Shown: positions 11,213 through 22,680 of the stretch, piece by piece
How the letters are laid out: each line of letters begins with the position of its first letter
How positions within the stretch are numbered: the stretch's first letter is position 1
Made by a program: the position numbers and the translations under genes
Notes under the pieces: model-generated
Told to the model about the DNA's origin: nothing
Seen by the model: the letters and a program-made list of their open reading frames with translations, nothing else
The model's database searches: none
From: Blepharisma stoltei ATCC 30299
Lineage: Eukaryota; Protista; Ciliophora
Length of the DNA stretch: 64,000 nucleotides
NCBI GenBank assembly: GCA_965603825.1
Contig: CBFDEM010000011.1
Span: 806,001 to 870,000 of the forward strand
Reading direction: 5' to 3'

Positions 11213-12022
11213 ATGCGAAAGAAAGCGCAACCTGAAAATCCACCTCACAATGCTTCTTTGAGCCCCGAAAGAAATTATGAAGACTTCAAAAGTCCTCCAA
11301 AATTTAAAATTCCCCGAGAAGCCTCCCCAGAAACTACCAACTCTAGAGATGTAAACAAAATTTTGCAACATAAAGAGCACAGCCGTCGAAAAATAGATAC
11401 AGCCAATTTCCAAGTTCAGCCAAAAGCTCCAGAAGCATCTCAGCCGATGAAAGAAACCCCACCTGAAATTTTCCTTCATCGAAACCCGCAGGGTGGCATT
11501 TATGTCCATGAAAAAGACATCGAAACGCTTTTCCGCTTCATAGACACTCACAACTACGGCAGAATAACAATGCAAGATCTCAAAAAAAAAGTATCCCTTT
11601 TCGCGAAAGAAATGACCAATAGAGATTTCAAGTTCTTGATGGCAGGTAAAAATGATATCAGCATCAGAGAACTTCATGACATTTTGAAATATAATGAACT
11701 TGAAGATTTTGACCCAATCGCAGAAGCTTTTAAGTTTTATGATCCTGAAGGGACTGGATATGTGGACTTGGAAAGATTAAGAGAGATTTTTTCGCTTTTG
11801 GGCTATGAAGACCTAACTTATGGAGATCTGCAAATTTTAGTTGAGTGTGCTGATGCGGATTTGGATGGAAAAATATCACTTGAAGACTTCAGAAGACTGA
11901 TACCAGTCCATGAGCCTAAGGAAGGGGAGCCAAAAGCAAAAAATATTAATGTTGTGTCTGATCCGGAGCTGCATCAACAGTTTGTAGCAAATTTGAAAGA
12001 ATATGGGGATACTAAAAAATAA
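11213..12022 (+). CDS. EF-hand calcium-binding protein with N-terminal extension
   Basis: EF loops DTHNYGRITMQD, DPEGTGYVDLER and DADLDGKISLED. Confidence 0.85.
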   Translation: MRKKAQPENPPHNASLSPERNYEDFKSPPKFKIPREASPETTNSRDVNKILQHKEHSRRKIDTANFQVQPKAPEASQPMKETPPEIFLHRNPQGGIYVHEKDIETLFRFIDTHNYGRITMQDLKKKVSLFAKEMTNRDFKFLMAGKNDISIRELHDILKYNELEDFDPIAEAFKFYDPEGTGYVDLERLREIFSLLGYEDLTYGDLQILVECADADLDGKISLEDFRRLIPVHEPKEGEPKAKNINVVSDPELHQQFVANLKEYGDTKK

Positions 12023-12244
12023 TAACTCATTTTAAAAATATAGATTTATATGAATTCAAAGGCCAGTTAGATCAATCCTTGATTATTTATAATTTTTAAA
12101 GTTAAATAACCTAAATAAAAAGCAATAAATCAAATTTATTTAAACTTGCAAGTGATTTAACACTTATGTGGGCTTTACTTTTTTAAATTTTAATTGCTTA
12201 AATCAAGATATAAACATTCAATTTATTACAAAGGCGGGATATAA

Positions 12245-13036
12245 ATGTCAAAAAGAAAGCGATCTGAAGCCTCACGGGACATCATGAACAAATTAACTTG
12301 CCCTATCTGTGTCGACTATTTTAGTAAGCCCACATATCAATGTTCAAAAGGCCACTCAATCTGTGCTGGCTGCTATCAAAATTTATCAAGACTGAACCCA
12401 ATCTGCCCTCTTTGCCGAATTCGATATCCACCAACTCCAATTCGTAATTTCCTTCTTGAGTCCATGCTTGAAACCTACCCCAGCTCTTGCAAATATGCAA
12501 AAGACGGCTGCAAGGAGACATTAAATCTCTCCAATCGGCATGACCATGAAAAATCCTGCCCATTTGACAAAGAGGTGAATTGCCCAGTTTTTAACTTTAT
12601 CGCTAACGAGAACACACCACCTGATATGTGTAAGTGAAGAAATAGCATCGATAAATTAATTGAACACTTTCAATCTGATCATAATTTAAATCCTGAAGAA
12701 AATTCTCAAAGTTCAGTTACCTTAAATTGAGGAAAAACATTAAATTCAGATTTTATGTACCGAAAAAAGCTTGTAGTAATTAAGGAAAAATATGTGCTGG
12801 TAACGCTTTCGCATTTATTTGAGGCCTATGAGCTTGGAGTTATGGTACTGACTTTAAATAAGAGGTGCGATGTTAATGTAAAAATTAAAAGTGGGGAAAT
12901 GTTTTATAAGATGGTTAAACCATGCTTTGGGATGAAATCTGTTGTGGGAGATGTATGCATTTTTACGTTGGGAACTGTTGAATTGCTTGTTTTAGAGGAT
13001 AAACTTGAATTGATAACAAAGATTTCAATTGATTAA
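12245..13036 (+). CDS. SINA/SIAH-like RING E3 ubiquitin ligase, two TGA=Trp
   Basis: RING CPIC..QCSKGHSIC..C..CPLCR, then IRN..LE and zinc fingers CKY..GC..HEKSC and CK-W-RNS..LIEHFQSDH. The TGA at 12635 is the conserved W. In frame with ORF 12755-13036. Confidence 0.88.
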
Positions 13037-13143
13037 GCTAATTTGGAATTATAAAAGAAGGTAAATAGCTCTCGCTTAGTATTCTTTAGGAAAATATAGT
13101 ATAAAATTCTTGATAATACCATTTTAGGCTCAGTAATAAAAAT

Positions 13144-15069
13144 ATGAGGTTAGCGTTCAAAAGATTGCATTTATCAAGGCAAATTTCATTTTTATCTGGC
13201 TTCAACACAGCGTTAAGCTCATTTCAAAATACGTCAAGCTTCAACAGCATCTCATCTCGAGCCTTTTCTTCACATTTTGATTTTCTTAATGATGAAAATT
13301 ACAACACAATTTCAGCAAAAAATCTCCGATCAAGACAAGATATTTATGTTGGAAATCTACCATATGACACTACAGAATCAGAAATTAGAAAACACTTCGA
13401 ACAATTTGGAAGACTCACAAGATTTTCACTTTTAAGCGGCCCAGATGGTTCCTTCAGAGGAAAAGTATTTATTACTTATGATAATCCAGAAAGCACTAAA
13501 TTAGCTCTTAAAGAGAATTCACAGCTTTTTAAAGGAAGGGTCATAGAAGTAAGCCTTGATGCTGATAGAAGCAAAGAAAAAGCAAAAATTGAAAAAATAT
13601 CTAAAAGTGATGATTGCACTATTTTTATTAGAAATCTTCCGTTTAGCGTAGGGGCTGAATTATTAAAAGAAAAATTCGAGAAATTTGGAAAAATTCTTGG
13701 AATTGACATTGATAGTTTAGAAAGACAAGATCTTCCTCCTGGCATTGCATTTATAACTTATCAATCAGCCGAAATGGCTAAAGCAGCTCAAGAAAATATG
13801 AATGGAAAAGAGCTAGAATCCAGAGCAATATCTGTGACACTAAAGCAAAGAAAAGATAAGCTAAATGAGAATAGAGTATATGTAAAGAATCTACCTGGAT
13901 CAATTACTACTGAAGCAATAAAAACACATTTTGGCCATTGTGGAGAGATTGAATCAATCGATATTAGAGATCATGGGGTAGGATATGCTCTGATAAAATT
14001 TAAAAACTCCCAAGGTTTGAATAATGCTTTAAAAATGAATGACCAAGAAATTGATGGAGTTAGAATTTATGTTTCTGATTGCGGAAGAAAATCTTTTGAA
14101 GATAAAAATAATTCAGCAAGTCCTAGAGATTTAACATATTCAAACCCAAAAGATTTTGGGGAAGCTTCATATGCTTCTGTGCCATTATTTCAAAATGAGA
14201 AAGCTAGTGATATCTCAGAAAACGCCAGCACCACAAATCAAAATCTCTATTCATCTTGCAGCAATAAAATCATCGGTTCCGATGAAGAAGAAAAGCAATT
14301 TAGTGTCTTTTTATCAAATTTACCTCCAAATGTAAGCAAGAATGATTTAAAAGCGCTATTCAAATCATGTGGAGAAGTAGATAATATCATAGTAAGTTGT
14401 TCACTTAACAAACTTCCCAAAAGTAGTGGAATCATTAAATTTTATGATCAAGTAGGTGCCGAAAATGCTAGAAAACTTGGTAATATTGATTATAATGGCT
14501 GTAATATAAAAATCCAAAAACGAACACCCAATTCATCAAAAGGGTTTGATATACGCGTCAAATTTTTGCCACGAGACGCAACTGAAGATGAAATAAAACA
14601 GATTTTTGGAGATTGTGGAACTATAACAAGATTGCATTTCCCAACTGATCGATTCGGAAATAAAATTGATGTCTGCTTCGTTGGATTTGAGAGCTTAGAG
14701 CAGGCGCAGGCTGCCATCAAAAAAGACAAATTAATTTACAAAAATTTCCCATTAGAGGTAAAGTTATTTACAGATGAAAATAGAGAAATAGGGTCTGTGT
14801 TTGAACGGAGGGATTCCTTAAGTATTTTAGTAGGAAATATTCCATTTCATGGAATTGACGAAAAAGATATAAAAGATTTTTTCTCTCAGTGTGGGAAAAT
14901 TGTCAATGTTCATTTAGTTAGGAGAGAGAATGGGAAAGTCCTAGGCTATGGGTTTGTTGAATTTAGTAGTCAAGAAGAAGTTCAAAAAGCAATAAATCTT
15001 GAAGATAAAACACTATTAGGAAGAACATTACGTATTTCACAAAAAAGATCAAGCAGCATTAAGAATTAA
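13144..15069 (+). CDS. Six-RRM RNA-binding protein with mitochondrial-presequence-like N-terminus
   Basis: RNP2 motifs IYVGNL, IFIRNL, VYVKNL, VFLSNL, IRVKFL and ILVGNI with RNP1-like partners. The first ~43 aa are Arg/Ser/Phe-rich with no acidic residues, ending SRAFSS. Confidence 0.85.
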   Translation: MRLAFKRLHLSRQISFLSGFNTALSSFQNTSSFNSISSRAFSSHFDFLNDENYNTISAKNLRSRQDIYVGNLPYDTTESEIRKHFEQFGRLTRFSLLSGPDGSFRGKVFITYDNPESTKLALKENSQLFKGRVIEVSLDADRSKEKAKIEKISKSDDCTIFIRNLPFSVGAELLKEKFEKFGKILGIDIDSLERQDLPPGIAFITYQSAEMAKAAQENMNGKELESRAISVTLKQRKDKLNENRVYVKNLPGSITTEAIKTHFGHCGEIESIDIRDHGVGYALIKFKNSQGLNNALKMNDQEIDGVRIYVSDCGRKSFEDKNNSASPRDLTYSNPKDFGEASYASVPLFQNEKASDISENASTTNQNLYSSCSNKIIGSDEEEKQFSVFLSNLPPNVSKNDLKALFKSCGEVDNIIVSCSLNKLPKSSGIIKFYDQVGAENARKLGNIDYNGCNIKIQKRTPNSSKGFDIRVKFLPRDATEDEIKQIFGDCGTITRLHFPTDRFGNKIDVCFVGFESLEQAQAAIKKDKLIYKNFPLEVKLFTDENREIGSVFERRDSLSILVGNIPFHGIDEKDIKDFFSQCGKIVNVHLVRRENGKVLGYGFVEFSSQEEVQKAINLEDKTLLGRTLRISQKRSSSIKN

Positions 15070-15200
15070 GACAGTTTATAATTATCTTCTTATAGCAAAT
15101 AGAAACGAATTAATAGATTTTCAGACATTTGCTTTTAATCTTGTATAAATCAGGTTTAGTGAATAAAATTTTAGCTCATTAAAGAGTTAGAATAATACTT

Positions 15201-16940
15201 ATGGACTCAACAGATAGCACAGCTTTACTTGTATTCCTTTGCCTATTCCTTATCTATACAGCAATATCTTGCTTGTGCCTTTTTCGTGCTATACGATTGC
15301 ATAACTTCACTACAGAATGGCGGCAAACCAAAATATTTTATGTGACAGTCCTTTTTCAATCGCTCTTACGTGCAATTTGCTTTTTAGTGATTATTACAAA
15401 CCTGAAAAGTTTATCGGACGTTTTTCTTTTCTTATTGCTTTCAATTCCTGATTCACTTTTTATCGTAAGCTATCTTTTACTTATATGGCAGATGCTGACT
15501 GTCTTTTATTATGCTCACATCTCTCAGCTTCGGATGACATTTTTTAATGAGATTTCTAAGAGACCTAAATATAGTAAAGCAAGTAAAGCTATAGCATTTA
15601 TACTTACAATTTGGATAGGTACCCAAATAATGCTGTACTTTTTACTGTCTTGCTCAATGCTGCACGAAAGAGACATATCAAAGGAAATTGGGATTGTTAA
15701 TTTTATTCTACCAAGCTGTGTAATGGCAATGATGGTTTATTTTCAAATAAAATACTCAGGACTGCCGACAAGATCGAAAGTATGAAAGTCCAAACTTAAT
15801 AGGATAAATTGTGTGGCCTTGTTTTGGTCACTCGCAAGATTTGCTGAAGGGATTGATGACATTTTGGCAGAATATTCAGAACCAAATATTAGTGAAAACA
15901 TCACAAATAGAGCTGATCATGCAATGGATACGACTGCAGCTGCTTTAATGATATTAAGCTTAATAATTAGCGAAGTTATTTGCATGGCACTGGTTCTTGA
16001 TTATGGATTTATAGGAATATTTTTGTTTTCTGAGGAAGAGGGTGATCAAAGTATCCTTGACATTGATGAGAAGAATTCAATTATGGATGAAAAAACACAT
16101 GAGTTTTCAACACTCAGCATGGTTGCTGAGACCTCTATTAAGTTATCTGATTTAACAATCATTGATGAATATTTTTCAAAGAAAAATGGTCTTGGAAAGC
16201 TCTACAAGGCAACCTATAAAGGGATGACTGTAATTCTTAGAAAAATCGTATTCAAAAGACTAAGCGGCTATGTGATTGAAGAATTCCAAGAAGAAATTAA
16301 TATAATACAAACAATGATATGCAACCATCTACTCCCTATAATTGGAGTAATTATAGATCTCCCAACCATAGGTATTGTATATCCATTTGTTGAGCGTGGA
16401 TCTCTCTATAATGCTTTGCACGTTGAAAAGGTCAAGTTTTCATATAGAGAAAAGCTAAGAATTGCTTGTGACATTGCTGAATGCCTTGAACAAATCCATT
16501 CCCAAGGCAAAGCTCATGGACATCTTACATCAGATAATATTTTACTTAAAGATGATGGGGAAGCATTAATCTCTGACCTTGGGTTCCTTAAGGTAAAAAA
16601 ATACGCGGGTATTATCTCTGGATATACAAATAAATCAGGATGGAGCTCGCCCGAGTTCATAAAGGAAAAGAGACTAACACCTTTGAAAGCAGTGCCAAGT
16701 GACGATGTATATAGTTTTGGAATGATGGTTTGGGAAATCATGAGTGAGCAAGAACCATTCCCTGGATATTCTAAAGATCAGCTCTGCCAACAGGTAGTTG
16801 TTGAAGGGTACAGACCAAAAATACCTGCAAATATACCTGAAGTTCTCTGCAACTTAATAATGTCATGCTGAAATACAGATCCAGAAAAAAGACCACCAAT
16901 ATCTTTATTAGCTAGATCTTTAGAAAGAATTTCAAACTAA
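15201..16940 (+). CDS. 7-TM (THH1/TOM1/GPR137-like) domain fused to a TKL-type pseudokinase, 579 aa, two TGA=Trp
   Basis: ORFs join in frame at TGA 15783 and continue past TGA 16869 (SC-W-NTDPEKRP) to TAA 16938. Seven hydrophobic segments precede a kinase fold with HGHLTSDN, DLG, SPE and DVYSFG. Confidence 0.85.
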
Positions 16941-17973
16941 GAGTGAGTTGACATTTTATTAGATTAAATTAATAATAGAAAATTAGGGCTGAGTTTCTGC
17001 AATTAAAATGCTAAAATTTGGTAATTATTTTTCCTATATATGATTAGGCACGATAAAGCTGAGTTTTAACATTGGAGGTTCAATTATTAACTAAACTCGA
17101 GTTAAATTTATATAGGATAGATCAATATTTTTCATCATTGTTGTATGAATAATACTTTGATTTTCTAACACTTATCCCTATAAAAATGGGTAATGGATTG
17201 ATGAATTGTATTGCATTACATTTAAGGATATCTAATGCTTTTGATTTAAAGCAAAAGTAAAATAGAAGAAATTCTAATAAAAAGGGCGAGAATTACTTTA
17301 TATGTTGAATATTAATCTTTATAATCAATAATTAGCTATAATAAAGGCATATTTTTACTCTATTCATTAAAGTCTATCAGATTTTCAGATTTGGAGTTTT
17401 ATAACACTTTTTATATTAAGTCTATTATTCTGATGGTATCAACATATTTATGTATAAATAAGGCTAAAAATGAATTCATCTTTAGAATTACTTTCAAATA
17501 AAATGGTTGAATGCAATGTAGACATGTATTAAGCAAAGCTCAAAGATAATAAACTTAAAGCACTAACATAATTTTAAGATTAAAAATATTTTTCGAAAAT
17601 CTATACTTACAAAATTTTTGAATAATAAATAATTATGCAAGGAGAAGCAATGTGAAAAGTATTGGTTATTCGTCTTGACTTTATTCTTCACTCCCGCCAG
17701 CTAGACAAAAATTTTATATGAAGAATAATTATTTATGGAACATCATGGATACCCAATATGAAAGCAAGAATCTAAAAATGGCTCCTAGAACTTCACTGAC
17801 AATCTTACTTCATCGTTTGAATTCTAATAGTAAATATTTACATCTAATTCATTCATAATTCCATAAAAAATTTTTACATTTTTTGTGCAATTTCAGACTC
17901 AAATTTTCAAGTGAACAAATAGTGGCCAAGAAAACTGTCTCCTGAGGTCTGAAGCTATAATAATAAATACAAC

Positions 17974-19938
17974 ATGCAAGCACTCGTATCAAATAGCGAC
18001 AGCCACTTAGATGATTGTTTATCTTTCGTAAACCATCGGCTTGTCAACTTAGAAGCTCGGCTCACAGGCCCGCTTTCTCCTTTGAAACCTGGGAGTCCTC
18101 AGTCTGAAAAATCTCAGACTTCTGATCAGTCATCGATGACAAACTTTTTGGACTCTTCATCTCAAAAAAATGTAAGGAAAAAATATCAATTGTTACTTAC
18201 TATTTAGGCATCGAGAGGTTACACGAGCTCTGAAGCCCCTCTAACAGAATCTGCAAAGCGTTCAAGATCTAACGACTTCTCTGATTATTCGTTCGGAAAT
18301 CTAAAGAAAAAAGGGAGCTTCAGCGGATCAAAAAGGCGCCAAAGTGATGAATTGTCAGTTGACCAAGAAAACTCAAGGTCATTAGGCATGGACATTGTCT
18401 CGAATCCAAATGAAGTCTCCGATTTCTTTAAAAACGACAGCTGCTCTGAATTTATTGTTCCCACATTGGTCAATTCATTAAGCCAAAAAATTGCGAAAAT
18501 GCAGCAAGACATGAAGCAGCTTGAAGGGAACATCCAAGAATTAAACAAGACAATCCAATGTAAAGATGCCTTAATCTCTAATTATAAGCATCAACTAGAG
18601 CTGAAAGACCAAGAATACAAGACACTTAGTGAAGAAACTAAAAAAATTGTGCAATCAGCAGAAAAAGGGAAAACAGCTTTAATAAAAACGATGAAGCAGC
18701 TAGAAGAAAAAAAGAGAAAAGAACTAAAAGAAAAGCTCTTCACTGACTCTTTTAGGCTTGGAAAAGTCACTATGGCAAGAATAGGAGCTAAATTCATTGA
18801 GACTTGGGAAGATGGCAAAGAAATTTTAGAGACTAAAGAAAGGCTGATTTCAGTCAGCAGCCAAAAGGAAATGCTAGAAAAGCAAAAAAAGCAAGCAAAA
18901 AAGCTTGATGAAGACTTACTTGCAACTTTGCCACTAAAACTAGCTTTATTAACAAGAGAAGAAAGCGAACTAAAAGACAGGCTTGAAAGGCTGGAAGTTG
19001 AGAAATGCATATACGTTCAAGAATGCAAAAGAGTCACTGAAGAAGAAAACGCGAAATATTCAAAAACAACAAGCGACTATGAAGCATGGCCTGTGCTTCA
19101 TAAACGATATTTATTACTTTCATTACTAGGCAAAGGAGGATATTCTGAGGTGTATAAAGCTTATGACCTATTTGAGCACAACTATATAGCAATTAAGTTC
19201 CATCAACTTAATCCAGTATGGAGCGAAGCTATAAAAGCTAACTATATAAAACACGCTCTAAGAGAAAACCAAATACACCGCGAGCTTAACCACACTCGCA
19301 TTGTAAAACATTTCGACACGCTAGAAATTGATAACAACTGCTTTTGCACAATTCTCGAGTATTGTCCAGGAGAAGACTTGTCAATGTACCTGAAAAAGCA
19401 TAACAACTTAACAGAAAAAGAAGCGAAAATTATAATGCAGCAGCTTTTTACAGGCCTGAAATACCTGAATGACCAGCCAGAAAAGATTATCCATTATGAT
19501 CTCAAGCCTTCCAATATTTTATTAAACAATGGAGAAGTAAAAATAACTGATTTTGGCCTTTCTAAGGTAATGGATCCCAATAAGACGAACACTGAGCTAA
19601 CAAGCCAAGGAGCAGGAACCATATGGTACCAAGCCCCAGAGTGTCATCAGCGAGGCCAGCTTCCACCTCTTATTTCTTCAAAGGTGGACGTCTGGAGCGC
19701 TGGAGTTATTTTTTACGAACTTTTATATGGAGTAAAACCTTTTGGCCAAGGCATGAGTCAAGAATCAGTATTTAAAGACCAAGTCATAGTAAACTCGTCT
19801 GGGGTGGCGTTTCCAAACAAACCAGTTGTTTCAAATGAATGTAAAGAATTTATAAGAAAATGTCTTGAATATAACCAAGATGAACGTTTTGATGTACTTG
19901 AAGCTTGCAGTTCTCCTTATCTTAGTGGCAAAAAATAA
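17974..19938 (+). CDS. TLK: Tousled-like kinase with one intron (about 18172-18207)
   Basis: N-terminal LEARLTG motif, coiled coil, RLG..W.DG, LLGKGGYSEVYKA, KHALRE, IIHYDLKP and ELTSQGAGT.WY. Exon 1 and the main ORF share a frame, separated by one TAG. Confidence 0.93.
18172..18207 (+). other. Putative 36-nt intron GTAAGG...TATTTAG
   Basis: The shortest frame-preserving GT..AG that removes the in-frame TAG at 18205. Strong GTAAG donor. Confidence 0.6.
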
Positions 19939-19957
19939 ATAATTTGCTATAAATTAC

Positions 19958-21208
19958 TTATCTTTTAGATAATGCATATGAAGGTAATTGTCCTATGGTT
20001 GTTCGGATGTCGTAATAGCCTGGCCCTGGAGATGCAAGGAATGATCTCTTTTTCCAACGGTCACTGCCAAATCCCCAGCCAGGAACTCGGTCAGTGTTGC
20101 TTGAGTTGTAAGTGCCTGGACCTGGGACTTCGTTTTTGGAATGAGAGGCATGGCTTCGGTTGGCTCGGCTGACTGAGTATGAAGGCGACTTGTCTCGTTT
20201 TTGAGGGTTATATTGTCCTGGGCCTGGCAAAAAATCAGACTTCTTGCTTTGATATTTTCCTTTAATTGTATAAACTGGCCCATCAGGCTGGTTAGATAAA
20301 GAATAGGCCCCAGGTCCTGGGTTATTTAGAGTTGTGCTTAAAGCTTTGCGTTTACTTGACCCAAAAACTGATGCAAAGCTTGGCTCTGTATATGCAGGAT
20401 TATAAGCACCTGGCCCTGGTATGAATTTCTTAAGAGTATTACTGTTTACACCTCTATTTGATTTTCCTACACTATACTGTGGAGATTCTGCTCCTACTTT
20501 TATATCATAAGCTCCAGGTCCAGGCGTGACTGACCTTTCTTTACTTTCTTCTGCACGTCCTGAAATGCTGAATCCTTTACTATCCAAAGAACTTCCAAAA
20601 TTATAAGTTCCAGGTCCAGGATTCATGCTTTTTGCATTATGGCTTCTTGTTTCATTTCCAAACTTCCAACGAGGACCATCTATAGCAGAATTTTTATTAT
20701 CATAAGTCCCAGGCCCAGGTATGCTCCCATTGGATTTTGACAGTTTTTCGCCTCTTTTTGATGATCCCATAGAATATTCTGGGGCACGAGGAATAAATTT
20801 TTCATAAGTGTTTAGATTATATTGGCCAGGTCCTGGTAAACTTTGGTTTGAGGCTGATCTGACTAAACGGCCGAGCATTGAAAAACGAGGGCCTTCTCCA
20901 ATTATGTTTTTATTTTCATAAGCACCAGGTCCTGGTGCAATGTTATTGGAAACTAAAAATTTTCGAGCACTTTTGCTAAATTTTTGGGATCTGTTGAGAC
21001 TTGTGTCAAGTAAAGGATTATAAGCTCCAGGTCCAGGAGAAATGCTATTAGGTTTGGTTAAATTATATCTTGAGCTAGTTCCGATTTTATAATTTGGAGA
21101 ATCAGGCTGATCTTTTGGTGAATATGATCCTGGACCTGGAACTTCATTAAGGCGTTTTATAGATTGTCGTCCAGGCATTGACCAAGCTGGTGCATATTCC
21201 ATTGACAT
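19958..21208 (-). CDS. SHIPPO/ODF3-like PGP-repeat ciliary protein
   Basis: About 12 PGPG(A/S/Q/T)Y repeats. Likely start is ATG 21208 (MSMEYAPAWSM). Confidence 0.9.
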   Translation of the reverse strand: MSMEYAPAWSMPGRQSIKRLNEVPGPGSYSPKDQPDSPNYKIGTSSRYNLTKPNSISPGPGAYNPLLDTSLNRSQKFSKSARKFLVSNNIAPGPGAYENKNIIGEGPRFSMLGRLVRSASNQSLPGPGQYNLNTYEKFIPRAPEYSMGSSKRGEKLSKSNGSIPGPGTYDNKNSAIDGPRWKFGNETRSHNAKSMNPGPGTYNFGSSLDSKGFSISGRAEESKERSVTPGPGAYDIKVGAESPQYSVGKSNRGVNSNTLKKFIPGPGAYNPAYTEPSFASVFGSSKRKALSTTLNNPGPGAYSLSNQPDGPVYTIKGKYQSKKSDFLPGPGQYNPQKRDKSPSYSVSRANRSHASHSKNEVPGPGTYNSSNTDRVPGWGFGSDRWKKRSFLASPGPGYYDIRTTIGQLPSYALSKR

Positions 21209-22009
21209 TTTTTCTAAAACCTCTAATAAAATTAATTTATAATTGTAATTTGATTGCTTGTAATTCGTCACAAATTTATTGAAAAACAAAAGAAATTTCG
21301 CATACTTCTTTAAAAGACATAGTACGCTCGGCAATTTTTATCATTCTCAACATAATAGAAATTTTTTGGCATGCGGACTTAGTGACTAATATTAAAAATA
21401 AAACAAGATTAGTTTACTGGAGTACCACTTCTCTTTCTATAAATCCAACATCAGCACTAACAACAGTGTTAGCATCAGTTCAAATAGCAGCATCATATTA
21501 GGGCTTTTTTCGACCTCAACCAAACACCAAAGACTTTCGAAATCCATAACTGCCTAGTTCTATTTAATCACCGATTGGCACACTCTTCAACTGAATATAA
21601 ACACAGCACATATATTTTTGCCTTTTAAGCTTATCAATATATATTGATAAATTGCATTCAAATTATTTGGTACTTATCCATAATCTTATATAAATAAATA
21701 GGAATCATTAGAAAATAGATTCATTTATTGCTCTAAATATAAGCTAAAAAGTAGGATTATTATCATCTAGTATTCTAAAGCCAATTAAAATTATTAAAAA
21801 CATATAAACTGCTTCCTTATATATTCTGAGTTTTCCCATTCTTAGATAATCTCTAAACGAATTTCGGATTAACATATATTTATAATTCTGCAGGCTGCAT
21901 ATTAAAAGTCTATTTATTTAGCCACTAATGCATAAATATATTTGGTCACAATATCTAGAAGTTCAGGCAAAAGACAAGAGTAAATATATTTTATTTTAGT
22001 TAGCTTAAT

Positions 22010-22642
22010 TTATTTTTTGCCTACCTTTTTAATAGTTTTTTTCTCTTCCTCAACTTTTTTTGCATGGGTCTCAATTTTCCCTTTTGGAGCTGGAAGTTTT
22101 TTCTTTTCTTCTTTCGGGGCCTCTTTTGGTTTTTCTTCCACTTTAACCTCTTCATGTTTAGTCTCTGGCTCAACAGATTCTGCAGCTTTTTCTTCAATTT
22201 TCGGCTCTTCTGTTTCAGCAGCGTGGACTTCTTCAAGAACCTCTTTTTGCTCTTCTTCATGCTTTTCTTCATGCTTTTCTTCACGCGGCTCTTCATGTTT
22301 TTCTTCTTCTTTCTGTTCTTCTTCACTTTTTGGAGGTTCAACATCTTCTGTAATTTTTTCCGCTTCCTTTGGAGCTTCTTGAACTTGGTCTTCAGTATGT
22401 TCTGGCTGCTGGTGATCATGATTTTCAACAACTGCAGCTGGTGGGCTTGGTACTACCTTTTCAGCAGGTTTGACAAGTGATTGAGGCGGGGATACATCAA
22501 GAGCTCCTGTCAGAGTTTGAATTACTTGGGTAAGCTGACTTACCAACGCACGTTGCTGTTCAAGTTCTTGCTCTATTGGAGCAATCCTACTATCAAGCAT
22601 ATGAGCTATTTGACTTTTTACTCGGTCCCAATCACTCTCCAT
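22010..22642 (-). CDS. Hypothetical protein, N-terminal coiled coil and Glu/Lys-rich tail, 210 aa
   Basis: ATG to TAA ORF with low-complexity EEK repeats. Confidence 0.75.
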   Translation of the reverse strand: MESDWDRVKSQIAHMLDSRIAPIEQELEQQRALVSQLTQVIQTLTGALDVSPPQSLVKPAEKVVPSPPAAVVENHDHQQPEHTEDQVQEAPKEAEKITEDVEPPKSEEEQKEEEKHEEPREEKHEEKHEEEQKEVLEEVHAAETEEPKIEEKAAESVEPETKHEEVKVEEKPKEAPKEEKKKLPAPKGKIETHAKKVEEEKKTIKKVGKK

Positions 22643-22680
22643 CTAAAAATATATTAAATGATAAGAATAATTTTTATTAG

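Noticed and set aside
18192-18207. 16-nt intron as the productive TLK splice
   Set aside because: Removal shifts the frame and reaches TAA within 12 codons.
21400-21600. Moderately GC-rich stretch upstream of the SHIPPO gene
   Set aside because: No sustained frame even with TGA=Trp and no convincing structure; at most a small relic.
22017-22480. Overlapping ORFs in several frames over the Glu/Lys-rich gene
   Set aside because: Low-complexity GAA/AAA codons leave shadow frames open; the products are poly-Ser/Phe with no family signal.
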